DNA of 64,000 nt from Trichosphaerium sp. ATCC 40318 (Eukaryota > Protista > Tubulinea). Under the pieces are notes generated by a model. That model did not search any database and was not told the origin of the DNA. It saw nothing but the letters and a program-made list of their open reading frames with translations. Both the position numbers and the translations under genes were made by a program. Of this stretch, positions 50,621-64,000 are shown in pieces. The stretch covers positions 124,001 through 188,000 of the forward strand of contig JALMLS010000488.1 in NCBI GenBank assembly GCA_038496445.1, given 5' to 3'. Within the stretch, counting starts at the first letter, position 1, and each line of letters begins with the position of its first letter.

Positions 50621-53289
50621 TCACAGTTTTGGTTCTATTCTTCTTACAATGTTAAGAAGAGAACCTCTACTTTTCTTCTTTTTTATTCTTGGTGGAGGAC
50701 CAGATGGCTCACCATCTTCGTTATTCACAAGAGACGCCTCTTCGCTTGATACTTCATCTTCATTATCACTCTTACCGTCTTGTAAGCGAGTTGTCTTCAA
50801 TTGTGTCGATGGTTCAGTAGTAACAGATTCTTCTTCGGACATGTTGAGTACGAATGAATTGTGAACTAGTACACTTTGTCCTCCAACAGCATCTACAGCA
50901 TGAGACTCATCTGTAGCTGTGCGTTGTTCTCCAACAGAACTCTTGATAGAGCTTAACCTTAATTAAAGTGAGCACCTATTGTGCTTACTAAAATTTCGGG
51001 AATAGCCAATTGTACTATCTTCCTCACCTTTTCGCTTGTCCTTCCATTGACCAAAATAGTCTCAGTATTGGCCATGCGAGATATATTAAAGTCACACATG
51101 CGAGTATTTCGAGTACCAATACGACAAACACGAGTATGAACTCTAGAATAATATAAATGAGCTGATCTTCAAGTAGCTTATCATGTTCATCACTAAATCA
51201 CAAAATCTCAGTATTAGTTGACACCACTGATGTTTGTTTTACGTACAATAACTGTCTTCTGAGTGGTCTTGGCGCTTGTAAAATTACAGTAACATTTGCA
51301 AACCATTGAACGCCATCAACTGTAAACTGTCCAGGTGTATCAAAAACAGTTGGTGGCTAATTACATTAACGCACAAAACAGTTTTAACAACAACGTACAT
51401 GAAGTGCTTCCAATTCCCACACGTCAATAAACCGTCGTGCTGCCAAAACTTCAGGTGTAGACTGCACAGTTCATTAGATGATCCAAGCTATAAGGCTTAA
51501 GCGTACAGTGAGAGCGTTGTATACTGCAAGTTGGTCTTTTTCGAGGGTCACACTAATGCGCCGTGATGTCTCCCTTCTTAAATTGTGCGCATTTACTACG
51601 TCTAGATATTCTTGTTCATGTTTATAAGATCCTGAACATACACCATAAGAACTCCAATACACGTTTTGTGAACAGTCTCATACCTTTTTGGAAGATAAAA
51701 CCAATGAATCCAGTTTCAATCTCGATGTACTCGATAAGCTGATAAAGTAAGCACGTGACATATACAGCAGTTAAAAACAAGTACCAAAGATAGTCTAACA
51801 ATCGAAAAGAGCACCTTACTGGATTGCTCTATATCCGTGAAACTATCTTTTAAAGCGAAATTGAAAAAAAGCGTGTTGACACCAGAATAAAACCTGACAG
51901 TCCCAATACCGTCCATTGTTTTATTGTCAACCTACGTTCTAGATTTAGTACGCAAACAATATACTCAGTTCCATTATGTTCGTACAGCGATGCGGTGGTC
52001 ATAAATAAGCTGGTCATAGTTAAGAATTGCGCCTTCTAATTCTTCGTATCTCTCAGCAGATGCATCCAGATCATTTCTTAATTTGATCACTCGATTATCT
52101 AAGCTATCGCGTATACGTGCTATATACAGAAATGAGACAAGGGCGAAGAGTAAAACGAAAAAGAGCAGTCTATTGGATTTGTCTTCTTCTTTTTTTTGAC
52201 GTAAAATGATGTGATTGTACAACACCTATTTCCAAAAAAGAAAGTGTAAAACATTCACAATACTAAAACGCGCCACCGTACCAAGATCTTCTCCTCCGAA
52301 CTGTCCAGCGGAATCAATGAAAATGATAGAGAAGAATCTTTCATTTGCTGCTGCATCTGCAACTTCAACAGCATCTTGTATGAGTAACTCACGTTGCCTG
52401 TAACCCCTCACACGGTGGATATTTATCGAAACGATAACAAAAAAATAGCAGAACCCAAGAGCACTCAGTATACCTACAAAACAATAAACAAATGCGAACC
52501 GTCGTAACAAAAAAAAGCCTTTAAAAAGTCCGCTGTCTATTTGTATTTTCTTGAACTACTACGCCTTTCTTGTGTACCTACTAGTGCCCTGAAGATACCA
52601 CTTCGCAATCGCGTGCGTACAGCTTTTTGGCTTTTGTTTTTTGCTGGTCTACAACCGCATAGCAGAGATGACTGGTACCAACAGACCATACTATAATATG
52701 GACGTAATTCTTTGTGTTGTTGTTGCAAAAACTTCTACCTTAAGTGGTGCCTTATCTTTCTTTAGCCTTCTATATTTGGCCTAGTCGCTCATTGTTTACT
52801 TCCTTCATATACAAGTACGCCCAAGTAGTGACAAGCTCGTTTTACTATTTCTAAAGTTCGGGCAATTGCCGCTTCGACTTTGTACTTCCTAGAACTAGAT
52901 CGCTCGTTAATGACCGTAAACGTAGTTTCTACGCCTTGTATCTCAAGTGCTATCAAATAAGGTGTTTTTTAGCGGAGTTAGAACAAAAAGCCGTCAAATG
53001 AACAAACTGGCAAGAGCAGACTTGATAGCAACCCCACAAGCTCAAAGAACTGAGTCCTGACGTAGCTAGGGCTATGGGCAAAGATACATTTACTCTAAGA
53101 GGTTTAAAGAACCAAAATGCAAAAATGTCGCGTCATCAGGTAAACGGGTCTAAACCTCTATACGGTAGCCCATTGGGTAGAAGGAGACTCTTCAGTATAC
53201 CCTAATGTTACTCTTGCAAGCAATCCTTAAGCCAGAAGCATACAGTCTGAGAAACGGAAGGGATATGAAGATAAGAGGACTTGTTTCAT
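50621..53289 (-). CDS. hypothetical multi-exon membrane protein (may be two genes)
   Basis: ATG at 53289 followed by GT-AG exons; two hydrophobic exons (52226-52510, 51974-52200); polar last exon 50621-50960; model incomplete. Confidence 0.45.
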
Positions 53290-53625
53290 TTTTGAATTGG
53301 TAAAAATGAAGAAAAAAAATATTGTGGTATTACAACTGTCGTACAGAAATTACGCCAAACGCGATTATACACGATCATTAGTACGTTTGCCATGCTTAGT
53401 ATCAAAAGTGAGCAAGATCAATAGCAAACTACAAAAAAAAAGAAATAGCAGAGAAAAAACAGCTGAGAGTTCTCTTTAACGCCTGCGCATTATTATAGGT
53501 ATTTGAATAGACGTGCAATATATTTTTTTGCTTCTTTCTTCATCTCTCACAACAACACAAAGGGCAATAAATATTGTTTTATTTTTGTTTCAGGTTTTTT
53601 TTTTTCATTCCCGTTTTTGTTTGAA

Positions 53626-56600
53626 CTAGTTTTTGAATCTAACAATAAGGTACACAATTATATCAACTATTATAATCAAACCGCCAAGGGCAATTAAAGC
53701 ATATCCAGCACCAGTACCAGAATCCTAAGTATCAGTAAGAATAAAATACAGAAAAGAAAATTTGAGCATAAAAAGGAAAACCAAAAAAAGAAAAACGCAT
53801 TGCATACCCTTGCTAAAATAACTCTTTGGTTGAAACTCTTTGTATCCTCTTCGCTTAGTTCAGTTACTTCTCCAAGCCAAAATACAGGGTACATAACGCC
53901 AGTTGTTACATTTGGATGTAGTGTAGAATACAATGTTGTTCCCTCAGGTACATGCATGTTAATTTGTAACCTTTTCGCTCCTCTGAATGTTGCACCAACA
54001 TCAGGCTCAATATCAACAAAAATTTGATGATCTTCTTGGTTTGGTGATAACCCATCAACACGTGATGTCCATAATTCATCAGCCTTAGATATAATATTAA
54101 TATCAGTACGTTTATGTGCGTTTAAAATAACGTACAGCCAAAAAATGTGGTTGACAAAGGAAAAGAGGTACACCTCTTTGAGTTGAAGTCATATTTGCAA
54201 GTCCTTTGTATCCTTGATAGTATAATGTATTTACAGCCAAATCCTCATCAGACAATACATAACGATACAAAGAAACACCCTAGAACAGAATAAACAAAAG
54301 AAAGTTTAAATGAAAAAAAAAAACTGTTCTCGAATTTAGAGCTTTAAAAACGCACGTGAAGATCTACAGTTTTTTGATATACGATATCAACTGTACGTTG
54401 AATATCGCTTACAAAAGTAGGATATCTTTCTTCTTTCTTTATTCCAACAGGATAAATCTTTGAGTCAAAACCTTAAACGAGTGAGAAAGATAAACAAATA
54501 CAAAATATCCGGGTTTTTTCTCCGATGATTATTACCTCGAATAGGCACAGGCTCAGCCCAGTTGTCCCATGTCGGTGATTCAAAGTATTCAAGGATTACA
54601 CCTGATAAATCTCTGGCTGTATTTCCGGTATAGAAAGTAGACGTAGCAGGATCTAATGTATTGTTACCCTGTAAAGCCACATCAGGATCTTCTCCTAATA
54701 AAGCCAACAAAGGGTCTTGCCCTGTCCAAAACATCTCTTCTATTGTTCTTGTAACAAAGAGACCGCTTCCTTCAGAAAACGTATTTAAAACAGCGGTCTT
54801 GCCAAAGGTTTCAACTATAGTAAAAAAACACGTGTTAGTTGTGAGGGATGAGTGAATCAAGGTTTTGAAAAAATTAACTTACTGACATAAGATAGATACA
54901 AAGCTACTGTTCCAGCTTCTTGTGGAGAAAGGCCCCAAGTGTTTTGGATTGTTTCGAACTGATTAGCAGCTACTAATCCCAAGAATAGTCCAAATGATTC
55001 TGGTACAGCTAACCCTGGCGCTGTTGATGATAGAATTGATTTTGCTTGCGTTACAGAAAGTGTAAAGTTGCTTTGTGACCTTAAATAAACGTTAGAATTT
55101 AGACCATTAAAAAAATAATTTTACCATAAAGCAATCTCAACTGCACCGTCAAGCGTTGGGATGATTGATTTTACACCACTTGGAAACACAGCTCCAGTTG
55201 CCCATTGAAGGTAGCCAATGTCTTGGACATCTATTTGAAAGTAAGAAAAAACTGTGGCATGACGTGAGTGCACGTACCTGTTAAAGAAAATGTAGATAAA
55301 ATGCCCGGAACAATTAATGTTGTTTTAAAGTTCTTGCGCCATGCGATTACAAGGTCGAGTTGTTCTGTAGTTAAACCAAATGTTTGTTGAATTCCTCCTA
55401 TTGCAGTAGGATCACCTTGTTCTGCAGCAAGCCATGTAGGCGAATCTAGAATAGAAAGAGGCATCTTTCGAGTAAAAAAAATAAGTAAAACTTATCGTTA
55501 ACATCCTCAAAACAATTATTTAGTGCGTACTGATGCGTTCCAAAGGTTTTGAGCAGATTCTAAAGAGATTCCAGAAGAATTTACAGAACTTATACGGAAC
55601 GCTGCCCAACTGGATTGATTAGCAAGGTTAGTTGTAGCATTGGCCCACTCGGACAAGAATATGTCATTTGTGATCATAAACGCAGCAACCAATTGATCTC
55701 TAGAAGACTCAATAGTAGTTGTAAACCCTTGATCAACAACAAAACCAGCAAACCTAGAATTTATGAGTGGAATTCTTCGCGTAGCGAAACAGAAAATGAA
55801 TGTTCTTATGCGTACAAGCCTGTCATTAGCTCTTGAAACTGGCCTATGGCACCAGCAGCTACACCTGCCAATAGCGCTTGATCGCCTTGTAGTTTTTAGA
55901 ATAATTTATTTTTGTAGACGCTTAGTTTACCTCCAGCAATGTTTATTACGCCAACGTATGAGAAATCGATATTTGTTATTGAGTCAGTTTCAGGATTCAA
56001 GGCCGAAGGTGTTCTTTCTACGCGTAGACAATAAGCTTGAGTAATTTACAAACAAAAAACAAGCGTAACAACGCCAGTGTTTGGATTTAGAAGTTGCTTT
56101 TCGACTTTTGGTACCTCTATCAAACGTATAATACGTAAAATCAGCATAAGTTGCTGTAGCTGCTCCCTCAGGGAACGTAACGTTCTTTCTATCTATCCAT
56201 TTCCTAACTCCGAGTTAGCATTAAAGGGGAATTTAAAAAAGGAAAATATGAAGCAAAAAAGAAAAATCGTCATCAAACACGCGCCTGTATGAGTATGGTC
56301 CAATTTCTTCGTATACAGGTTTTTCTCCTTGTAGTACTTGCTATTTAAGAAATTAAATCGAGTAATTTGTACTAATAGTTTTAAACCGCAAAAAGATACT
56401 ACGTACTTGCATGTTGGTAAGGTTAAACGCATAACTAAGAAGATTTAGCCAATTTGACAAAAAGAAATTCAACGGTACAAATCACGGTAAGTTGGTGTAT
56501 CGTCTGGTTGCGTGTTTAGAAATCCTTTGTAGTCCTCATCTTCAGGCCCAGATATAACAACGGATCGCTCAACAGCGATTCTTATCTCGCTTTCAGTTAC

Positions 56601-56702
56601 AGAGCCTAGTATAAGACCCAGCCCAATGAATAGCCCGCCAATAGCGAATATAAGAAAGAAACACTCCAAAGTATTCCTTAGGTAGTACGTTCTGCACGAC
56701 AT
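53626..56702 (-). CDS. CD36/LIMP-2 scavenger receptor family protein (LmpA/B/C-like)
   Basis: N- and C-terminal TM helices; IEVPKVEKQ; GLFVTRTIEEMFW; GVSLYRYVL; DHQIFVDIEPDVGATFRGAKRLQIN; YPVFW. Confidence 0.9.
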
Positions 56703-57445
56703 ACCGCAAGCGCTGTGTTTCTCGTTTAAAAAGTTTTTTAATTGCTTTAAATGGTCTGTTTGAGTCGTGCATACAATAATTACTTTCCTGATCTAGCTTA
56801 TGTGCCCTGAAAACCCCGCAAGACGTATAACGCGTAGCAAACGAAATTCAATAACTTGCATCATAACAACCACTAATTGAAAACTACGAACTATCCAACT
56901 AAAGCCAGTTCTTGTACTAACGCTGCAAGGCGCATTTTATTAACATTGTGGTTTACTTATCAACTTGCATTGTGAATCTACATTTAGGGTAGTTACCACA
57001 CCCCCAAAACATTCCATACTTTCCCTTACGAAGCCGCATTTTAGGTCCACCTTCACATTTCTGGCAAGGAGGTGCATTTGGATGCTCAGCTTTTTTACCC
57101 CATTTCTTAGCTGAGGATCGAAGTTAGAAATCTGAAAAAAAATAAGTTCCTTACCAGATTTGTTGTCATTCCTCAGAGTTTGCCTCATTTGTACACTGAA
57201 CCTATTCGTTTGCATCTCAAGAGGTAGAAAGTCGGGTGCTGAATTATTCACAACGCCTGTTATACCATGTTTTATGTCATACTCAGTACCACCATTCTGT
57301 TGAATGAAATAAGATTAAAACAGTTGTGCAAATTTGAGCTCGTACAAAAATTAAAACATCTCCTGATTCAAAATCGAAGGCTATCATTGATAAACATAAA
57401 AACTAACAGTGCAATGATAAAGGCATACTTAATCGTGACCTCATT

Positions 57446-58155
57446 TTAGGTCCTTTAATCCAGAATCGGCACGTGCAACCAAGAGAAAAAAGCACAACCC
57501 AACCTCTAGATTTGAACACTTACAAAAACAATCCCAGTGTATTCAACGTACAATACTTTATCACAATGACCTCTTAGCTTTCCTTCTGCTTGAGAATATA
57601 TAAAAGAAGTAACATAGTTTGGTACATAAGTCGGTGGGATGGCGGCATCCTGTGTAGAAGCTAATTTCGTCGCAGCTGCAGAGAAAGTCTATAACAGAAA
57701 ATCAGAACATTCAGTAAAACTTAACAAAACTGTGTTTGTACCTTGAAGGTATCAGGTATGAGATGCCCTTTGGATTCCCAATTGAACTGTATGATCTTGT
57801 AAAAATGCGACTGACTGTTTCGTGCACGTGTAGGTTCTCTGTGAGGTCTGCTTTTCTGAATATCTAAAAGTTTATGAATATAGAAATTTAGAGCAATTTA
57901 CATTTCGGTTAACTGACTCGTTGATCGGTTTGATGCAAATACTGTTTGTGTTGAGCTCAGTGCAGTTTCGGGTTTTTTTACATTTCAAATAGCTTACCGT
58001 CGCTGAATTGTAGCTGCATGTCCTTGTCCATGAACGACTTGATAAGAACTACGCCTTCTTGAGGCTACAACTGATTTAATTACTAGAACCGTTAAACTAC
58101 GTACCTGAACGTATTTGTACGCTTTACCAGATGTAGGAGTAGTTGAATATGCCAT
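57446..58155 (-). CDS. small hypothetical multi-exon protein
   Basis: ATG after an A-run and a chain of short GT-AG exons; no motif recognised. Confidence 0.5.
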
Positions 58156-58307
58156 TTTTTTGCTTTTTGAGAGCGTTGTTGCACGTGTGTAGGAATGTAG
58201 TGAATAACCCTCAACATCGCTAACTCACAAAAAATATTCAATTTTCGTCTGCCTTAACGAAAAAAATTGCTGGAAAAATAATCTGATGTAGACCGTTTAT
58301 CGCAGCT

Positions 58308-61300
58308 ATGAGTTTTTTAGCACAGCTAGAGAATATTCAACCACATGAGAGTTCGCGCCAAGTAAGTTTTCTTCAATCAATACAAGACACGCTCGTACGC
58401 GATCCAAGACGCGATTCTACGAGTGTAGATCAATTATGCGCCAAACTACAGGTACACGACGCGTAAATTACACTTCAATAATGACAACGCGTAGGTTTTG
58501 ATGCCGTCTTGGACAGCATCTACAGCTTTGTGGGTTTCAACGACCACAACCCTTATTCAATGTGGAGCATCAGCATCGGGCAGTAATGAGCTCCTAGCTG
58601 CGGTCGTACGTTATTCAAACACGCTCGCAAATCGTTTACGGATTTTTAGTCTATCGACTTGCTGAAGTCTAGTCCAGGCATCGTGGAAGGCCAACAAATA
58701 GCAGAGCTAGTACTAGCTATACTCAACAGAATTGACATGCTGAACACAATGTCCAATAACACTTTTGGTGGGATTATGCTCTCTTTCATGAACTGCACTA
58801 CAGTCGATGAGGCAATTACTGGAAGCAGTACGGAATCGTTACTAAGTATGAATCTCATCTTTCCACTCAAGTCATGGATGCATTAATTGCTCAGTACACA
58901 AAAGTAACGAATCCACACATACGAAAACCTTACGTTGTACTTTGTAAAAAGGTGCGAAGCTTAGTATTTCACCAGAGATGACTAATCAAAAACAACTAGC
59001 TTTCCTTGAGAAAAGGAGCAATAGAAGCTAGCAAGCTTCCACAATTACTAAGAGCTAGCTCTTCGGTTCTTACTACTAAAGTAAAAAACCCTAGCGTACA
59101 TCAAGTTGTACGTATATGACATTCACATATAGACAAAACACTCGCTTTGAATTGATTAATTTTAGTTACTTCGTGAGGACTTGAAAGGGTTTCTTTATTT
59201 TTGTCGCACTTTTGGTACGAACCTTTCTTCATAACTCCAATTGGTTAATCGTAATCCACCTCTTAGCGTTGAAACTAAAGCCATACTACTCTATTCTTGG
59301 AGAACTATCAATAAAATTTAAAGAATTGTCTATGGATCCTGAGACACCTCCTATAAACCGAGGAATCCCAAAAACGACTGCAACACGTATGTGGATAGGA
59401 ATGTTTGCCTCAATTCAACCGCTTGACGTTGCAAGAATTTTCTCTGGTTTCATTATAAATAGTGATCTCCCTTTCGAAGGATCACCACTAACCAAGGTAC
59501 GACAAACAAAAATGAAAGTGCAGAAAAGAGCTACAAGTCAGTTTTTTTTCATTCAGGGAAAAAAAATCTTGCTGTCATTTTGACACATTGTGACATTTAG
59601 ACAATTTTTTTTTTTTAGTCTATAATCAATAACACAACCGAGAATAATTTATTTATATTTTCCAGACGCTCATTGCGCTTGAAATTGCTCCTCACGCGAT
59701 TAAAACGCTTCCTGTTGAAAAAACGCTATCTGATTTATTCGACAACTTGCAATACATCTATGCCTATGAAGTGACCGCGCCAAGGGAGAAGAATATATAT
59801 CCAAGTATTGTAGCTAGTATTTACACATGTATTGCATGTGTTTCTCGAGAAACAAATGGTGATGACGCCACTTTTTGTAAAATTGAGTCAATTCTTCTAT
59901 CGAACGCACTGAGTACACATGTTCTCACTAAAAGTGTCGCTCTTGATATTTGGTCGCTCCTACTACGTGATTCTAATGATGCAGCACGTGAACGTACTGC
60001 AAATCTACTCATACAATTGGTACCAAACAACTCTTTTGTTTCTGAATTTTTTTTGACTAGTATTGTTTTTTGTAGGCAAAGCACCTGTCGGATACTGTTG
60101 GACCGTATGTTATTTCTATGTTGTTATTTTGTTGTAATATATTTTTTTAGAGACACATTCAATGATAGGGATGAAATCACATGTTGTAAATTGATATTTG
60201 AGAGATTGGCGCCTTTTTTATCAATAGGATTACAGAATAGAATCACAACTAGTTTATTACAGAACAAATATTCAACTTCTTTACCTGTTCTTGCTGTATT
60301 TCCAAAGACATGGGCTGCATCCCTTACATTTCACAATCTTAAAAAAATCGTGGATCAAGGTATGAAGCCGACCACAGCGGCGATGACTGGTTATGTTGAC
60401 GCAAAAGACTTGGTACTAAACTTTTTTTTTGATAAATATTTTTCTTCTAAAACCATGTCTCAAGTGTAAAGGCGTATGTCTTTTGAAGCAAGCTGCTAGA
60501 CATGGTAAACGCACAACTTCTTTTTCATCTGAACAGAAAGCGAACATAACAAATGTCATTAAATACCTTTTACGCGATGAACACCTGATGAAGAAAGGAG
60601 GTAAACAAGTCTTACAAAAAAAAAGCCTCATCTCTTCAATAGAAGTATCATGGCAACTACTCGGACTTGTATACGAGATGAGTGGACAACTTCAAAACTC
60701 AAACATAGGTTTTATTCACGAAAGACTGGCTCACCTCTCTAAATCATTACCTGATTTGCACGTACTTAAAATGGTGAATATTGTAATGTATGCTGCTGAG
60801 AGTATTGATACATCATCTGTTGTACGATTTTTTTTACAAAAAGCGTAGTAGTGACTACTTTACACTCGCGACTAACCAATTTTAGAATATATTGGTGAGA
60901 CAGTGGAAGATTATTTGGCTCAAGGCACTTTCAAGTAGAAACAGTTTTTTAGTAAATGTGACAATTTCCACTTTCTTAAAATTTTGTCGCAAAAACACAA
61001 GTGCGTTCTGCTACTCGTATTAACCTTCTCTGTCGTTAATATGCTATAGATTTGGACTGTCACTTTCAATCACTACTTGGTAAATATACAGAAAGCGTCA
61101 GTGCCTATGTAAGTAAGGCTTGCGTGTTATCAGTATCCCCTCATAGTTTTTTTATTCATTGCAATTTTTTTTTTTGTTGTCTGTTTTTTTTCTTAACTGC
61201 CAGCTATCTCCTGAAGAAAGGCTATGTCGCGCAAAGCAAGTACAAGAGCAGATGAGACAATGGGCTTGCGCAACGTCACAAAGTAGTGTAAACGGTTCCT

Positions 61301-61449
61301 CAAAAAATCAAGGCGCTGCTTCTACTTCAGAGTTGATTGGCTTTCTACTACCTAAACTATCCGATTTACGTGATAGAGTACCACAACAATTGCTAGACTC
61401 AGCAGCTGATAGCTTACAACGTATAAAGTCAACACTCGATGTAATGTAA
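58308..61449 (+). CDS. large helical protein, possibly FIRRM/C1orf112 (DUF4487)-like
   Basis: Multi-exon; FCKIESILLSNAL...VALDIWSLLLR resembles, from memory, the LE..LL....DVWCFLAR segment of that family. Confidence 0.45.
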
Positions 61450-62170
61450 ATAAAAATAACGTGTAAGAATTTTTGTTTGGCCAAGGCACGTTTGCGTTAG
61501 GAAGGGAGCATGGTTTTTTTAATGAATTACTACGCATTGTATGACTACTTGCGCAAAGTTGTAACCGCTGAACTAGAAATAGTATGAGGGGTACACACGT
61601 ATCGTTGGTAGTAAAATATATTGTTTTGTTCGTTTTACTTCTCGCGTACTGGCGTTTTTAACTCATTAACCAAAAATTTCTACTCTACGAGCACAAAACC
61701 GGCGGACAGGCCAGGTATTTTTTTCTCCCAAGGAGAACGCCAAGAGAAAAATGAATTGTTGCGAAATTTCTACTTCACCAAGTCATTCTCTTCAAGGCAG
61801 CAAGGTCGGATCTAAGTCGAGCAAACGTAAGTAACGATAGCTAAGTTAAGTCATTTAGCTCCTGTGGTGTTATGCAGGCGGTTTGGCTTTGTTTTGGACA
61901 AACGCCAACCGATGCAAACACATTTGGCCCTTCTACAATTTCCAAAGCTTTTTTCCAACCGAATTTTAAAAACATGGGTCGTTGGCGTATTTTATGTTGA
62001 AGTTGCTTGTTTCCGCACATCAGAACTAACATCAGTCAAGTTGGAACAATTTTTTTACAATCATTGTATTTGGCATGTCGTTACTCCAACAATTTTTGCG
62101 CACACAACAAAACGCAGTGTTTCGTTTGTTTTTTTTTTTTCAAACTCGTTTTAACTGTAAACGCAGATAA

Positions 62171-64000
62171 ATGAATCCTACTGGCGCTCCAACGGTACCA
62201 CAACCAAATACAGCACATGTAGAAGTGCCTGAGTTGTCCGTTGGTTCTCAACGGTCTTCTGTGGTGATGCATGGTTTGCCGCAACTACCCCACGAAGGTA
62301 TTGCTCGGAGTAACACCTTTGAGACCAACAGAGAAGGTACGTACACTGTTTTTCTTCGTCCCGCGTTTGACCTGACAATGTACTACAGTGTCTATCCCAC
62401 CTCCGCCTGTTACACAAGATATGACCGTTACGCCTGCAACAGAGCAACGAATGCAAATATCTCACCTGGAACAGGATATAATTAACCAAGGCACCGTGGC
62501 GCCTTCAATGCCATTTTCTACCAATGTACGAGCAAATTCGTTCAAAACTGTCAAGTTCGTAACAAGTGGTTTAGGCTCCTATCCCAGACATGAATCAGCA
62601 AGCAGCACTAGTAGCACCAACTGGTACAAACATTACGCGTCGCACGTTAAATCTTACACGCGTCTAGTACACCCAAACGCTGGTGCTTTCCCTATTCCTC
62701 AACAGTGTTCATTTATTGATAGCACACCTACAATACGGGCACTTTATCACACAACCGACATTAAAAAAGTTGTACGTTGATTTAATGAGCTGCTATGTTC
62801 GTCACTCACTTCTCAAAAGGAAGGCGCATTTGCGGAAGCTGTTAAATGTCAGGAAGCCATAGGCATTTGTAAAAGCCTTTTATCACAACAACGATCTGCA
62901 TTGGTGCGAGGAAACGAACAAGCCGCCCAAACTCAGACCGTTCAAGTAATAGACAAGGTAAGAGCATAGACATGTTTTTTATTTATTATCACTAACACGA
63001 ACAAACGAACAGGTATTAGCACATTTAGAGGATGCTACACCAAGAAGGATTGAGGACTATGCTGGTTGGCATAATATCTTGGGCATTGAGTTGGTGAGAA
63101 CCTTTTTTTTTTGGTTTTTTTTTTACATTTTTTTTTTTCGCTCTGCTGTGGCGACTTACCTCCTTTTTAGCTATTACCTCGTATAGTAGACTCTGGAGAA
63201 GAATTTGAACTGGCCAAGTGCATGACTGATAAATTAAAGAAAACAAAAATACACCGTGAAATCTTGCATGCTGTTGATAATGCTCTTGCTATTAATGAAA
63301 AGATAAATCTGCTCGATTTTGCTGCTTGGTTACCTGAGTATGCAGCTCGTATTATACCATCTCAAGATGCTAACGCACCTCTATACATGGTAAGTAATTC
63401 GCGACTTGTTCTACAGCACTGGATTTTGTCTAATAGTTTTTGTTTAGTTTGTTGATGATCCAGAGGTACTTGAAAAGTACCAAACTACAGGTGTTGCTGG
63501 TGTTGCTGGTATGCCTGCTCCAGAGACAAATGCTCCAGTACTCGATAATGATATGGGCATGACTGCTCCAGTTATTCCTGGAGAACAGCGTGGTAGTAGT
63601 AGTGGTTGTACGTAACACGAAAGACTCAACAAACATACAAATTATTTCGAAAAAAAACTTTTTTGAAGAGATTGATTGTTTTGACTACAAAATGGTTGAC
63701 TTGTGCTTATTTTTCCCTTTTGTTACAGCAATGGGGCAATACGCACAGCCCGGAAAGAAACGACAGATTGGAAGTATGCCTATGAACGGTCAAGGACCAA
63801 TGAAGCGTATCAAAACAGAGCAAAAGATTCCTTACTCTGTACATCTTCCACGTGCGTTGTAAATCTTATTTTCCTGTTTTCCTTGATTTTTCTCATACTT
63901 TTAAATAGCACTTGTCACAGAAGATTATAATCCAGCTGTTCTATCACCAGCAGTACGCACATTATAAGTGTATGAGCATTTATTAATTAACTATGTAGCC
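62171..64000 (+). CDS. hypothetical multi-exon protein; runs off the window end
   Basis: Pro/Gln-rich N-terminus, GT-AG exon chain, basic KRIKTE motif. Confidence 0.55.

Noticed and set aside
53010-53217. Long nested hairpin suggesting SRP, MRP, U3 or telomerase RNA
   Set aside because: No convincing conserved boxes; better explained as the first exons and introns of a minus-strand gene (ATG 53289), with the strongest stem lying inside intron 53095-53163
1-64000. Alternative genetic code to explain the fragmented ORFs
   Set aside because: In-frame stops examined in conserved genes fall inside GT-AG or GC-AG introns; TAA, TAG and TGA all end genes
1-64000. U12-type introns or snRNA genes
   Set aside because: No donor with RTATCCTT plus a TCCTTAAC branch, and no U1/U2/U5/U6 signature, was seen by eye; the GTATCCAT donor near 497(-) lacks a U12 branch

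Overview
AT-rich, very gene-dense eukaryotic nuclear DNA in the standard genetic code, probably from an amoebozoan protist (Dictyostelium-type STAT, LmpA/CD36-type protein). About 28 genes are split by many tiny introns (mostly ~35-60 nt; donors GTACGT/GTAAGT/GTATGT, CTAAC-like branch sites), so the ORF track is fragmented. Core genes include MnmE/GTPBP3, STAT, an aldo-keto reductase, ICMT-like, ATP23, RBM26/27, UBA1, UAP1, an MFS transporter, MAPEG, a Tim17-family protein and CD36/LIMP-2. An accessory island at ~32-44.4 kb holds three F-box/LRR genes and three BTB genes with inverted duplications. Main findings: (1) longer introns carry inverted repeats that would fold them back to tiny-intron length, and two long introns host intact sense-strand tRNA genes; (2) recurrent GC-AG introns with an invariant G|GCACGTG donor; (3) a STAT with Phe at the activating-tyrosine position; (4) a hypervariable F-box-LRR/BTB adaptor cluster showing birth, decay and possible intronization; (5) a possible AUU-initiated NLS isoform of UBA1. 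Gene models were spliced by hand and family calls were made from motif recall, with no database searches.
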